DNA of 64,000 nt, taken from NCBI RefSeq assembly GCF_004010195.1, contig NC_057718.1, positions 92,350,765 to 92,414,764 of the forward strand, given 5' to 3'. Below, piece after piece: positions 12,035 through 25,999 of this stretch; positions within the stretch are counted from its first letter, which is position 1; every line of letters starts with the position of its first letter. The notes below the pieces were generated by a model. The model saw only the letters and a program-made list of their open reading frames with translations, was not told where the DNA came from and made no database searches. The translations under genes and the position numbers were made by a program. The stretch comes from Chiloscyllium plagiosum. Taxonomy: Eukaryota.

Positions 12035-12847
12035 TAGATAGGGACATGTCCTCCTCCTTTCTTCCTGAAGTCAATGATCAGTTCTTTTACTGACATTCAG
12101 GGATAATTTCGTTACCCTTTTTCACTCATTGATTGAGCACCATTCTTACTTCTGGTTTAATAGTAATCATCCATATTGCTGTGGAATAGCAGGATAATAG
12201 CAATTGCTTTCTCATCGTAGGCAGAGGCTGATGACTACACACTTCTGATGACCTTTTGTGTCCCATTATATGTACCTTTTGTTTCCTTGTTATGAAATGA
12301 TTCATGCTAATCTTGTTTTAGATTTTGGGAGACCATGCAAGCTTTAGGGATTGTATAAATTAAGCTTAAATTCCAATATTACATTGGTCATTTGAGATTT
12401 TAGCCAATAAGGCAACAGGAGACAATGTAGTGCAGTATCTTACTTATATTACAGTTTACTTATATTACAGATAATACTTCTTAAAGCAGGGTAGCGATGG
12501 ACATATTACGACTTTTGCTTTCTGGTTCAGCTTAGGAAGCAGGTTGGCGCCTGATCTTTTGATCTCTTTCCAATGCCCCTTCCACTTCGAGCTGGAAGCA
12601 GGATAATTTTAATTTTTTTGCATGCCCTGGTCACTCTTTTGAAGCTACAACCGACAGCATTATCGGTGACATCCTGATTGGCCTCTGCTTGGTGAAGATT
12701 GTTGCTGATTGATCATGCTTCCCTTAAACTAATCTCTAACTGATTCTTAAGGGGGGATTAACATTAACTGATGTCATGTCCCATTATCTCCACATTCCTT
12801 AAGTTGTCAGTTATCCATGGGCCCATCCTCTTCATTAAATGTGGTTA

Positions 12848-13062
12848 CAGTCTGTTCTGATATAACATAATAATTCCGTTCCTGTGCAATCCTGCGTTAT
12901 AAGAAAATCGCATAATAACAGCACCATTTAAACCATTGTGGAATCGCGTTAAAGCCAATACAAGTGAGGAAGGTTTACGTTCTACAAATAATGTTCGAAT
13001 TTCTTCAATGGCGTTATGGCCAATTCATGTTGAAAAAACACGCATTCCAGCAGAACCGACTG
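12848..13062. mobile_element. Tigger-like MITE (third TIR family)
   Basis: TIRs cagtctgttctg / cagaaccgactg with TA flanks. Confidence 0.65.
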
Positions 13063-14289
13063 TATTGCCATTTTATGTGGTGCCTAAAAGTGGTCATTTT
13101 TTGCATGGTGTGATTTTTAATATGAATAAAGCAAGTTGATGATAATAATATAATAAAAATGTGGTTCGTAGGAAGTTCTGTTGACTGCATATTGAATATC
13201 AGGTTGAATGTGTGCATCATAACAGTGAAAACCTACTGGAATTGTTCTTCTATAATGTCCATTTACTTTAGGAAATCATTCTTGAAAATGACACAATAGT
13301 GATGCTGAAAGTATTTAAACATAGTTTTATTTCTTGTATTCAGTGGTTGATTTATATCTCTTTTGAATATCTAAAAATTGATATGAGCGATATGCCGTTG
13401 CAAAGTGTGATTCATGTAAAACTGCTGTGTCTTGGGAGAGTGGAAATTAAATCCTATGCAAGTCTCTACTTTGCAGTGGATCTCTATAGCAGCTGTTGGA
13501 TGTTTACATAAAAGAGGCCAATTACACTGTTGACAACTATACTGATAATGAAATTGCTGTTCATTGTGTCACCCTTTTTGACACTCAGCTGAAATAACTA
13601 ATATAATTGGATGATTAGTTACTTATATGCATTATTTTTAAACATGAGTATGCTTTTTGCATTTTTTAAACTATACCTCAACAGCACTGCCAATGCCCAG
13701 AGTGAATTTCAGTTAGATGTTCCCAAGGAGGTGGGCAAATGCCTCAGTTGTACTGCATGTCTGGCATTGATGGCAAGACCTTTATTGCACCACAACATGT
13801 ACAGCCCTGACAGAATGCTCTTTTGTTCCTGATGTTGTGTTTTTTGATGATTATAAATAATTCAGGAGCTTCACTGTACTGCCTTTGGGTTTTTGGTAAA
13901 GCAGAACTAACTAGCACAGCAGCTATTTTCCTTCATTAGAGCTTTCACTAGCAACTGGAAAAGAGCAGGGCATTTCCACTCAAGTGGTATCAAGTCAATT
14001 GATGTAACAATGGGTTATAGAAGGATCTAGATAAAATTGATAAAAGACCGAATTGCAGGGAATCAAATTTAAGTAAGTTAGTACAAGACCTAAAAAATTG
14101 ATACAGAGTAGCTGCATCATCATTGAGACATGTGAGAAAAAGTTTTTTTTTAACATTTTGGACTTTTCAGTTTAAAAAGGAGATTAATAACAGCTACTTC
14201 AGAGGAATGTTTGATATTAAGTCAAATAGGAAATATCAAACATTTTAGATTTCAAACATACTAGGACAAGGGGAAGTTGTCATCAGTTG

Positions 14290-15060
14290 ACCCTTGATTT
14301 CTGAATGAAGTTCACTCCAGGTTGCCAATTTCTGCAGTAGGCTGTTCTGATTGAACAGACTAATCCTTGAACTTCATATCTTTGGACAAACAGCACAGAA
14401 CACTCCTCCATGAGGTAGTGCGATCCAATGTGCAGGATTTGCTTCCTTTTCTTTCCTTCTACGCTGCCAATTATCATTAAGACATTGCGACTCCAAAGTG
14501 TGATGTAATTTAGATATACTGTTGCCAGTCTGAATGATGGATAGCAAGCTCCTTCCAGTCATTCATGCCAAAGTTTTCATGCTTCAAGGAGAGTTTCAGA
14601 GTGCCCTTATTTCTTTATTCTCCCTTGAAAGTTTGGCTATTTGAGAGTTGAGGAAACAGGACCTGGCAGCAGAAGGTGATTTTTGGCCATCCAGACACAG
14701 ACCAGTCTGTTGAAGTTGATTTGGCTAGATTTTTGCTTGAGTGCTTGTGGAGCTGGCTTTAAGAAGGACACGAGTGTTTGTTTGACAACATTCCTATTGA
14801 ATGCAGAGAATGTGGCAGTGTATTGCTGCTGGAATTTCTCTTCACTCTTTTTTCACTGGGACACAGTCCAGCCCTGACTGCAATGTAGGAGTGTGGTGAC
14901 AACAGCTGATCTATACAGTTAGACTTTTCTTGACATGTGGAGGTCTTGTTAAAACACTTGCTATAGTTTGCGGAATGCTGAGCTGACCCAGTGTTGTATG
15001 TTCTCACCAACAGTAGCTTCAACGTCATGGAGACTGCTCAACGTATTCCAGAGTCTGTCG
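14290..15060 (-). mobile_element. Old RTE-clade LINE, 3' RT fragment
   Basis: Minus strand reads LYRSAVVTTLLHCSQGWT (cf. RTE VYRAVVLxTLLYGCETW) and KGTLKLS. Highly decayed. A more 5' part probably lies at ~16130-16880. Confidence 0.5.
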
Positions 15061-15326
15061 TTCAACATATACGAAGAGTGGAATATTGAATGATGAAGTA
15101 TGGGTTAATTTGAGGATTGCTTTGTAAACATTGTTGTGACAAGATGACAAAGGGTGATTTGGCTCTCTTTTTAACCCTTCTTGGTCAGGTACAACAAACC
15201 TTTCATTTTCCTTTAGCAAACATTTCAATTAAAATGTTATAAGGTCAAAATTCCGGAGCTCGTTGCAAGGTTTTTCTGAGTGAAAGGAAAGATTTTATTT
15301 GTTAATAAAGAGGGTAAAAAAATTTC

Positions 15327-15641
15327 GGGCGGCACGGTGGCTCAGTGGTCAGCATTGCTGCCTCACAGTGCCAGGGATCCAGGTTCGATTCCAGCCTCGG
15401 GCGACTGACTCTGTGGAGTTTGCACAATCTCCCTGTGTCTGCGTGGGTTTCCTCCGGGTGCTCCGGTTTCCTCCCGCAGTCCAAAAATGTGCAGGTTAGG
15501 TGAATTAGCCATGCTAAATTGCCCGTAGTGATAGGTGAACGGGTAAATGTAGGGGAATGGATATGGGTGGGTTGCTCTTCGGAGGGTCGGTGTGGACTTG
15601 TTGGGCGAAGGGCCTGTTTCCGCACTGTAAGTAATCTAATC
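15327..15641 (+). mobile_element. Full-length HE1-type V-SINE (tRNA head, V domain, CR1/HER1 tail)
   Basis: A box tggctcagtgg, B box ggttcgattcc, V core tgcgtgggtttcctccgggtgctccggtttcctccc. The 3' tail resembles the CR1 end at ~39245-39310. Confidence 0.9.
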
Positions 15642-16919
15642 AAACGTAACACCATAGTTGATTGGTGTCCTTAACAATGACAAAGTTTATAAAACATCTT
15701 TAACTTCTTGCTGGGTGGTTATTTCCCTAATTTGCTTTTTCACAGGGAATTGTTGATGTAGAAACTGGAATAGAATGTTCTTGTTAGAAATTAATTTCTC
15801 CTTCTCTCTGGTGTGCTACTCAGACTGGCTACTGAAATATACCACATTTTAATATTCACAAAACTGGTTTCATTACCTTTCAAGTTGATTAACTGTCAAG
15901 TGAGCCTTTCATTCTTCAGTTCATAGGATGTGGACATAACTGCTTCGGCAAGTATTTTTTGCTCATCCCAATTGCTGTTGAGAAGATGGTGAGTTAACAA
16001 TTTGTGAACTGCTGTAATCCATAATCTTTGAGGTGGATAGTCACTGTCAGGTAGATTGTAACTTATTTTTGGAGGTTGTCACCCGGTGCTTGATGTTTGT
16101 CCAGATTTTAAAGTATTTATTTAAGATTTCATTCTGTAGACATTGCCCGTTGTTTCATGATGATCCAGTCGCAGGATAGTGATGGAGTTTCGTGGAGATT
16201 GAAATTTTTGGAACATAATTCCCAGAGCCTTGTGATGTACCGAGTTGGACTTTGATTAGGTAGACAAATGCAGTGAAGAGTTCCTGTTGGAGTTTTTGGT
16301 ACTTTTCTTGGATTTGTCAGCAGCAAAGACCAGGTTTGAATCTCCTCTGACAGGACTGAACCGAAATTGTGTCTCTGGGTGGATTTCCTTAGCTTCTGTA
16401 GCTCTCTCATAGATGATAGTTCAGCCATGGATTCTATAACAGAACATAACCTAAAAAATGTCAGCTGCCACAAAGAGTTCACAAAGCATTCTTTATAATT
16501 TTTTTTTCCCAGCATTGTCATCTTTGAGATGAGAAACATTGTCATGTGAGTGAAAGAAATTTTGTTCACTTGACCTTGGTTTATAAATGGTGGCTTCATT
16601 AAAGCCATGTAGGCCTTTTTGAACAGCAGAATTTTGCATCTTTCATATTTTCTCTTCCCACCACGTGTTCCTTATCTTCCAGATTTGTATTTGGGCATCA
16701 ACCTTGAGCTGTTGGAATGCTGCCTTTTTGATTTCAACCTTGAAGTGTTCCACAACTAAGGCTACTCATTTTTGATGTAGGAGTTTATGTATTTCAGCAT
16801 AGTTCTGAACCAGTTCTGATAATAATCTTGCTTGAACCCAGTAGTTTATTTTTGTTCCTTCAAAACCTTTTCCTGGGATTAGTCTCACAATGAATATACA
16901 TGGTACAGAATTCTCGTTT

Positions 16920-18205
16920 CAGCAGCAGGAAGAGCGGGAGCATCGACCAGGGGGCTGACAGGAAGATGAGTCACTGATTTAAAAACTTACCTTGTGAAGC
17001 AGTGGAGCACATGCTGAGTAGGAGCAGAAACGGGACTGCTGAGAAAGTGAAGTAATATACAGAGGAACCTCGATTATCCGAACGAGTCAGGCCGGCAGTA
17101 TTTTGTTTGAATAATTGATTATTTTGATAATCGATTTGACCTTAAACAAGGGAAGCCATACTGATCTAACACTGTGCGCTCTACCGGCGAGTTTGTTTAA
17201 ATTGATAATTTTGATGATTCTGCTATTTAAACAAATTAATCTTTGCATCCTGCAAATTGCAGATTAAACTGAGAAGGACTAAACCCTTACCATCACATAA
17301 ATATATGAAATCCCAGCATTAAAACAAGGTCACGGACCGCTTTACAATCACAAGAGCGTTTGTCAGTTTCCAATTAACTCAATGTCGCGATAGAAAGACA
17401 GAAGCACTGCCTCGCGCATGTGTTTACTTTCTTTGCCATTTTTTCCATGAATGGCCCAGTAAAGTGACGGGAATAAAGCACTCACTTTTACAAAGAGCTT
17501 ACGTTAAAAATATCCAGAATTGCTGTTGCTTGAGGTGTTTGGGTTTCTTAGTTCTTTGCCAGTGTTTCCACATGTTCTTCAGTACAGGTAATCCGAATCC
17601 ATTTACCTCTTTGATGCAATGTTTTTATAGGACCTTGAGACCTTATTTGGGTTATCCAAAATTTGAGTAATTGATATTTGAATAATCAAGGTTTCTCTGT
17701 ATTTGGATGGTTGTGTTACCCGAAACACTACTTGGGTAGTGTCTCCCGTGCATCCTCCTGTAAACAAAAAAAAAGATTCTGTGCACCGGATTGGTAAGGT
17801 AACTAGTTTTTTTTATTCTTTTATTTTTCTACAGTCTCTTTGAGAATTTCGAATAGTGAAAATGGTGATTAGGGCAGTTGAATGCTCCTCCTGCAGAATG
17901 TGGGCGATAACGGTCACCATTAGTGTCCCTGTTTACTTCCTCTGTGGGAAGTGCAACTCCAGCACCATGAAAACCGCATTAGGGAACTGGAGCTGGATGA
18001 ACTTCGGATCATTTGGGAGGCTAGGGAGTTATTGAGAGGAGTTGCAGGGTGGTAGTCACACCTCGGATGCAAAAAGAAGGCAGATGGGTTATAGTCAGGG
18101 GACGGAAAGGGAACCGGCAGGCAATGGAGCGAACCTCGTGTGGCCATTCCCCTCAATAACAAGTATACCAGTTTGGATACTGTTGGGGAGAATGACTTAC
18201 TAGGG
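16920..18205 (+). mobile_element. CR1 LINE 5' end (5'UTR and ORF1 zinc-finger start), interrupted by a MITE
   Basis: From 17862: MVIRAVECSSCRMW...FLCGKC, later IPLNNKYTSLDTV, typical of CR1 ORF1 N-termini. Frameshifted. 5' boundary approximate. Confidence 0.6.
17060..17699. mobile_element. Tigger-like non-autonomous DNA transposon
   Basis: TIRs cagaggaacctcgattatcc / gaataatcaaggtttctctg with TA flanks. Confidence 0.8.
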
Positions 18206-20144
18206 CTCATGTTCTTCGGGAGGGTTTAAACTGATTCAGCAAGTTCACCCAAATTATTCCGGATGCTCCTGGTGTTGAGAAGACACACTTCAAACCACCT
18301 TCCTGCTTGCCGGTGAACTCTTGCAACCTTGAAACATCATTTTTGACTTCACTCCTTTCAACCTCCTGGACACTGCAACTACGATTGAAGTTCCCATGCC
18401 CCTGGTACAACTTTGATATTTATCAGTGAAGAAGTTGATGATCTGTCTAGCAGACATTAGTTACCCACATAGAATGAAATAAACATTGCTTGGATCATTG
18501 ATTCTAATAATCACATGTAAACCCTTAAAGAACAATTTTATTCCTAATTTCAGAAAACAGTACTTCACACCAAGCCTGAGTTGGATTTCTCTGGACAAGA
18601 GTACTGAAGGCAAAAGTCAGTTTTGGTATTGATTGATTTCTGAAGAGGGATAAGCTCGATGGACTGAATGGCATTCCTGTTGATGGAATGATAATAATTT
18701 ATAATACATTGTATCCATGTTGCCCAAAAAGGCTATTCAGCCTAATCCCACTTTCCAGTACTTGGTTTGTCAGCTTGTCGGGTTGAGCACTCCAGGTCCA
18801 AATATTTTTTAAAACTGGTTGAACGTTTTTGACTCTACCACCTTTTTCAGGTAATGAGTCCAGACCCTATAACCATCTGGATGAGAACACATCTTCTCAA
18901 CACTCTTCTCATTTACTTGACTTATGCTAGCATTCTGTACCATGCATATTCATTGTGAGATTAATCCCAGGAAAAGGTTTTGAGGGAAGAAAAATAAATA
19001 TAAGTCATAAAAGGAAAATTTGAAGGGGGAGTTTAGAGCACCAAAACTGTGCATATGCCTTTGCAGGGTAAAGTGTGAAATAATTAATTTGCCACTTTAT
19101 TAGTGGTACTTATGAAATCTGTTGTGGAAAGTAGTAGAGAAATAAATTTATCTATTCTAGGTCTTTTTTTAATATTATTATGCTTGTATGCTATATCGGG
19201 GGTCAGTGTATTACACTGAAATTTCTGTAATCACTGATACTTCTATAACATTATTAGGCTCGACTTGCTGTGTGATCTGTGAAGACTGAAAAAGCAAAAA
19301 TGCTAATCAGTGTTCATGAGCTGTTAATTGCTTTTCAATTATCCAGTGCTGCTTATTGAGTCCAAAACATTTTTCTGATACCTATGTCTTTCTGTATGAA
19401 GTTTCTGCATTCCAATTGCATAATTTTGCATCGCATTTTGTGTCATCCACTGTGGACTTTGGCCTTTCACCTAAATACTTTCCAGAAAATAAAGACACAA
19501 TTTTCAGAATTCCAAGGTGAATAGAATATCATCCTGGATCCACTCATCCGCTTTTCTCAATTAATGTATTTTTATCATTTATATACAGCAAGCTTTTCTT
19601 GTTGGTGCTACTTGCAGTGAAAAGTCCACTTTATTTGTCATTGATTATTTAACATTTCACTTTTGTCGTCAACTCCATTGTTTTGTTACTTTTGTTTTTC
19701 TTTTTATTCTTTTCTGCTATTTCCTTTGCTCTTTTTTTTTGAATATTTAATTTTTTCTCCCACTGCTGAAGTTGGAACAAGACTTATTTGGGGAGGAAAA
19801 ATTACTTTTTTAACAAGTGGTCATAATGTTTTCTTAGTAATTACTAACTGTTAATTAAATTATGCAATCATGTGATTGTGAAATGTGTAATGTCTCATTA
19901 TGGATGTCTGGAGAAATTTAGGCATATGCCACTTTTTTAATTAAAAGAGTTATTTTGTCCTCCTGATTTGTATATGAACTGATCACCAAAAAACAGCATA
20001 GGACCCCCAAAGGGCAATTCATCTGACAGAGTTTATTCCTTTCAGAATTTTCCTACATCTAACTCCTTTTATAACTGCAAGCTTTGCTAAATCATGAATT
20101 GATTTACTTCCCTCTTCAATGCTTCATTTAGCTTCATGTTTACT

Positions 20145-20158
20145 GCACTAGATGGCAA
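20145..20158 (+). promoter_or_regulatory. Candidate CTCF site
   Basis: gCACTAGATGGCAa matches the CTCF core (CCACYAGRKGGCR) at all but the first position. Motif match only. Confidence 0.25.
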
Positions 20159-20384
20159 TCTCTTGCATAAGTGTGGAGTATGCTGTCTAGGTTAGAAAAC
20201 AGGCACACTTCAACTGAGGATGTTCAGAATTTGAATTCTCTTTTACAGCCTATTGTTGGAGCATCGTCTATAAATTCATTTAAAAACATATAATGCTTGA
20301 CGATCATTAAAAGGTTATGGAGAGATGGATGGAAAGTTGTTACTATTTAAATGAGGTGCCTGTGTGCAGCAAAATAATAGTTCA

Positions 20385-20585
20385 CAATAGTTCGGCTTTT
20401 CACCAATAGTTGTCAAAAATGACACTGAGCTTCCAGTTGCTTGCCACTTTAATGCACCACCATGTTCCCATGTCAGTATTTCTGTTTAAGGCCTACAAGG
20501 CTTAATGCAAGCTGGACAAACAGCTCATCTTCCACCCAGGCAACTTAAAGCCGACATTGAGTGTAACAATTTCATAACATGATCA
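20385..20585 (+). mobile_element. Ancient PLE GIY-YIG C-terminal fragment
   Basis: PVACHFN...KLDKQLIFH.G resembles PVADHFN...LEEERLIFRLGTL of the younger copies in this window. Confidence 0.45.
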
Positions 20586-21707
20586 AGCTCCTCGATGAGC
20601 AGAATGAGATAGGCAAACAATGACATAGTTAATCATAAGCTGAGATGGAGATCAGCTGAGACAGTGTTAGGTAGGGTGCGAATGAGAATTGTGTATAGTT
20701 GAAAACAACCCCTATAATGCAGAACCTGGGGTGTTATGAAGGGGGAGAGGTGACGACTGACACAGAGGAGTGTGATCTTCCTATTAAATTGTTGCACTCA
20801 ATGTTGAAGACGTATGCCAATGTGAACTTTTTGGAGGTACCAGGAGACATAGCCTTAAATGTAATCAAAGAGCTGGTCAGGCTTTTAAATAATTTTTTAA
20901 ATGATTTTTGTGACTTTAAAGTGAACTTGAATCTCATCACTCCCATTTATTTTATGAGAACAAATTGTTCTAAATCTGGAATCATCATTTTGCTTGTCTG
21001 AACCCTATCCCTTGCATTTAGATCTTTTCTTATATATGGCAACATTGTGTCAACCCCTGCCATTGTGGTTGCTTTATAAGATATAATTAAGTCTTTCCTT
21101 TTGCTTTATGTTTTGCCTGTCTACTTAAATACTCAAATTTATGTTTTATGTCTCTGCTGTTGTTCTACTTCTTGCTTTTTTAAATCCTCAAACAGTGAAA
21201 ATGTTCATTGTTGCTTCCAAAGGTACTTTAAAATGTACATTATGTATTCAGTATAGACATATATCGTAAAGTGAAATGTAGGATGGAGAAAATAGAAGCT
21301 GGAGTTTTTTTTAAACAAAATAAGTCTCCAAACGTTTGTAGGGAACAAGTTATTAAACTGAAGCAGACCAACAGTTCGAGAGTGGTTGAGTATTTCTAAA
21401 GCAGCTAGTTTCAACCAAAACTGGTAATACACCTTCTAAGCTTATATTAAATGCAAACTGGTCAGGATTATTTTAGGAAGAGTAGAGACCAGTTAGCATC
21501 TACTTTGGAAATTAGCTTACAAGAGAAATGGGGATTGCATATCTTACAGGTGCAGTTTTCTACATAAATGGAGTAAACGTTGAAGGGCAAGTTCAAAGGT
21601 GGGTAATGAAACCTTTCTGAAATGTATTTATCAGTGGGGCTGAACTTCACATATCCATTTAACTCTATATGGTAATAGAATTAAATTAGGAGTTTTAGAT
21701 GTCAAGC

Positions 21708-21801
21708 TTACTTTTTCAAATAAACCTGTTGGACTATAGCCCGGTGTCACTTGCTTTTTGACTTTGTCCACCCTAGTCCAACACCAGCACCCCTACATCA
21801 T
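21708..21801 (+). mobile_element. PLE terminus fragment (family of 60084-60203)
   Basis: aaataaacctgttggactatagcccggtg...ccaacaccagcacccctacatcat is homologous to the reverse complement of 60084-60165. Confidence 0.6.
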
Positions 21802-23009
21802 ATTTATTTCATACAGACCTTCAGTATTGTTTTAAAGTATTTATTACAGTCCATTACCATTCCAAAATCAAGAGTAATAATACAGACTAAGATAGGTTTT
21901 TTGCTCTGTTCTGCCTGATTTCAAGATAATTAGATGGGTAAGTTTTGAGAATAGATTCTCATTACGATAGAGCTATACCACTTAAATGGATGACCAATTT
22001 GAAGACATTTTATTTAGCAGATGGAGGAAGCAGTTTAAAATGATATACCTATTCAGTTACTGTTGCTGTTAAAATTATTATTGTTTTTGTGTTTTATTGT
22101 TGCCATTCATGAGTGTCTATGAATTTTAATTATTCATCTCTCACCTTCCTCTTCAGAGTGGTTTCCCATTAGGATATATCTTTGCTTCTTGGAGAAAGAG
22201 GAGGGGAAAGAAAGTGAGGCCAAACTGATGTGATAGCAGTAGTTAAACTTAGCACCCAGCACCAATACTTTATGACCAAAGCATGCATCCAGAGATGTGA
22301 GTTTACAGGAGAAGCTATAAGGGTTAGACTTCATGCTCTGAGAAAACCTGTAGCTTGTTCCACCACGTGTATCATTCAATTGACATGGTATTTCCTGCTT
22401 CACATGGACATGCTGACTATCTGATGTATTTCCATTGCCTAGATCGGAGCTGTGGTGTTCAACTGAACTGATTTCAGATGTCACAGTTGAAATGTGCAAT
22501 TTTGTTTTTTCTAATACTTAGCCAGTCAGATTCTGATTTGCTAAGGTCACATTTTGTTTCATTTCATTTAACAAAAATTAATTTGCCTTTCACTGAAACA
22601 CATGCAATGCTGCAAACTTGGTTTCAACATTAAACCAGAAGCTGCTTATCCAAAAAAAAAAGATGAGAGTAAAGCAAGTTCTTTTTATTTAAAATGCAAT
22701 TCAAAAGGTTTTAATGCACAGACTAAAAGTATAATCCACTCATCCTAATGCCATCACATTACAGTACTCAACCATCAGAGAGAGTTCACCTCTCTATCAC
22801 ATCTATAGGTTTATTTTTATTGTTTCCTTCAATCCCTGGTCTTGAGAGTTTGGTAGCCACTTCCTTGATTTAGACTGTCAACTCCGAATAACTCCTTTGG
22901 GTTTTAGTTAAACACTTCTAGTTTTGAAGTATTAAGTTTAAATCCTTACATTGGAGGTAACTTATTTCTGAACTTTTCTGAATGAATGAATCCAAAGATT
23001 GATTGAACG

Positions 23010-23588
23010 ATGAAGGCACACTGGCCTTCATCAGTCAGGGCATTGAATATAGAAGTTGGGAAGTTTTGTTGCAGTTATACAGGACATTGTTGAGACCACT
23101 GTTGGAGTATTGTGTTCAGTTTTCGTCACCTAATGGGAAGGATATTATTAAACTGGAAAGATTTCAGAAGATTGCCAGGACTCAATCGTCTTAATTATAG
23201 CAAGAGGTTGGACAAGCGAGGTCTTCTTTCTTTGGAGCATAGGTGACTGAAGGAGGATCTTTAAACGAGTGCAGAAGATCATGAGAAGCATGGATAGGGT
23301 GAATGCACTCAGTCTTTTCCCCAGGGTTGGGGAATCAAGCAGTAGAGGGCATCAGTTTAAGGTTAGAGGGAAAAGAATAAGTGGGAACTTGAGAAGCAAC
23401 TTTTTTTCCCCCACATTGGATGGTATGCATTTGAAATAAGCTACCAGCAGAAGTGGTTGAGGTGGGTACATTAGCAACATATAAAAGGCATTTTATACGT
23501 GGAAATGAAAGGTTTAGAAGGATATGGGCAAGTGCATGGATCAATTTGGGCCAAAGGGCTGTCTCCGTACTGTCAGACTCTATGACTA
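23010..23588 (+). mobile_element. CR1/HER1 LINE 3' fragment
   Basis: LQLYRTLLRPLLEYCVQF..KDIIKLER, ending in a gactctatgac tail. Confidence 0.85.
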
Positions 23589-23975
23589 ACTCTTTTCTCT
23601 CTCATAAACTGTTTTGTGTATCTGACTTCAACCAGGATTCTGCAAACTAATGAACCAAACCTTTCTAACCACGTGGTTTTCTTCTAAGGAAAAATTAATT
23701 TTTATCTTACTAAACAGCAAGCAAGCTAATACTCTTTGATGTTTATTGTGTTCACTTGTTAAATTCTCCCAGTGCAAACAAATTCCCATTGTCACCTCAG
23801 CAATTCCCCCTCTCTCAGACTGGTTGAAATAAAATCATGACTCCAGAAAGACTGATATGTGTATATGAAGTAACAATTAACTTATCAAAACTTATATGTA
23901 CTAATTCTAAATCCAAACTCTACCAGAAATGAGAGTGATAAAAGTATATATGAATCACATATCGCATATGAATCA

Positions 23976-24076
23976 ATTCTGAGGAAGGGTCACTCGACTT
24001 AAAACATTTAACTATGATTTTTCTCCACAGATGCTGCCAGACCTGCGGTGCTTTTCCAGCAATTTATATTTTTGTC
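23976..24076 (+). mobile_element. PLE terminus fragment with decayed hammerhead
   Basis: ttCTGAGGAagggtcactcgacttaaaac...cagatgctgccagacctg...ttttccagc. Related copy at 36966-37092. Confidence 0.55.
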
Positions 24077-24177
24077 TATTAATCACATACCATGCATTAC
24101 ATGTTATTAAAGCAAAACTTTAAGAAAGTTGAAAAAGAAAAGGTTTAAATAATGTCTATTTTATTTTTGTATCGTAG

Positions 24178-24270
24178 ATGGAATATGAAAAACAAATTGA
24201 AAAGTTAATGCCAATTTGGAGTGAGAACCTGAAATCACAAAGGAAGGAGAAGGAAGCCACTATTGAGCAA
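24178..24270 (+). CDS. KIZ: Kizuna, probable exon 4, 93 bp, phase 0-0
   Basis: Polypyrimidine tract plus cgtag acceptor and gtaaga donor. Encodes MEYEKQIEKLMPIWSENLKSQRKEKEATIEQ (cf. recalled KIZ LEYETQIKKM). In frame with the previous exon. Confidence 0.85.
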
Positions 24271-25999
24271 GTAAGATTGGAATTCTTTAAATGTATTATG
24301 TATTTGTGTTAATGAAAAATCAAGCAAGACCTCTCAAGTTGTGCCATTGTAAATTTTTGTGATACCAGGAGGGGATTATAATGGAGATCATGGACATTAC
24401 AACATTCGTAAATTTGCAAGTTTCAGAATCAGACAGGCAAAGACAGGAGATTTTCAGGCAAATTTAACATAACTTTGCTGTTATTGCTATTATAGCTTTT
24501 TTGGCAGTATCATTTGTTGATTCTCTATTCTTGAACTCACATCTTCCTTGTTCTTCCTCTCCCTGTTTGATTTTTCCAGCTTTGGTTACAAAGTAAATTA
24601 TGACTGATACTATTATACGTCATGGAAGTCTAAATAAAACCTGATACATGTTTGATCTGGAAGAGGTTATGTGGAAGAGGTTATTACTGCTGACCATTGT
24701 CTTAGGCTTAACCAGAATGTTTAATTCCACCCTGAAAATTTCATTGTATATTGTAAAGCAGGCCTAATTCTGTCTCCATACATCACCAGTGTTACCCAAT
24801 CTCAATACATCTGATGCCAAGAACCTCAACTATGTCTTTGTCACCCATGACACTTCCAGGCTCAGTTATCTAATGCTTTCCTGGCCAGTCTGCTATCCTT
24901 AATGCTCTCTAAACTTCAGTTCATTTAAAGTTTTGCGGCCAATAAGTATCTTATGCCCATTTTCATGATGTGAGTGGTGAGAATTATATCTGTGTGCACA
25001 TCACCACAAATAGCCTGCAAGTTCCCAGACATAGGCACCACAAAGTGGGCAATGGACTTATGGGAAAACAGTGATGATTGAGTGTTTTATGATATGGTAG
25101 CTCATTAATTAGAATGACTAAGTTTGATGTAGGAACAGAGGTGTGTCACAACATGCTATTTCAGTTGCCTCCATTGCAAGATTAATCCAGTAGAGAATCC
25201 TGTAGAGATTTTTATGGCATGCAGAATACTAGTGTTTTAGTTGATGCTATTACATTTCACTTAATTTCACTACTCGCTGTTTGGAAAGTATTTTTCTCAA
25301 CTTATATCAGCTTGTTCTGCAAATCACTTTAAATCTGTGCCCCTGGTTCGTGATTTTTTTATGAGTGAGAGCAGTTTCTCCTTATCTGTTCTCTCCAGTC
25401 CTTTTATAGTTTTGAAAACCTCTATCAGATCTCCTCTTAGATGTCTTATCTCCTGGGAGAACATACCCATTTCTTCAATCTGTCCTCCAAACTGAAATTT
25501 CTCATCATTAGAACTCCTGATTTATAGTTAGATATAATTGAACAAATTAGGTATGACAGTAGATTACTTGATGTTTATAAACAATAGCATAAATTTCTTG
25601 TCTTATATGTTAGCAGGAAAACTGAATTTGCATTTATACAGTGCCTTATGACATACACAGAACTTTCTTAAGAACATTACAATGAATGAATTGTATGGAG
25701 TATAGTCAGTTATCCTGCAGCTACATGCAGTAGTCATATTTCACATACTTAAATCCCACAGGTCACAAATGAGTAGAAAATATGCTTTTTAGTACGGTTG
25801 ATTCTGAGAGGCATGTTGGTTAGGACAATAGGAATATCCCTTGTTGCTTTTCAACTAGTACTAAAAACAGTTTTACATTCACCCAAACTTTTTTGACAAC
25901 TGATTGGCATTTGCATTAAATAATAAATGAACTTGGACCTTCCATTCTTACTCTTTAGAATGTAATTTATGTGTCTGGTAATTTTTTGTCATTATCTTC

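Larger units (their letters stand above)
11190..12095 (-). mobile_element. Rex1/Babar-type LINE 3' fragment with two nested insertions
   Basis: Minus strand reads KELIIDFRK and FKNSFFPTAVRLLN. Homologous to 55090-55715. Boundaries approximate. Confidence 0.65.

Noticed and set aside
15327..15400. tRNA gene (also 62059-62275)
   Set aside because: The A/B boxes belong to retroelement heads; there is no proper cloverleaf end or T-run terminator.
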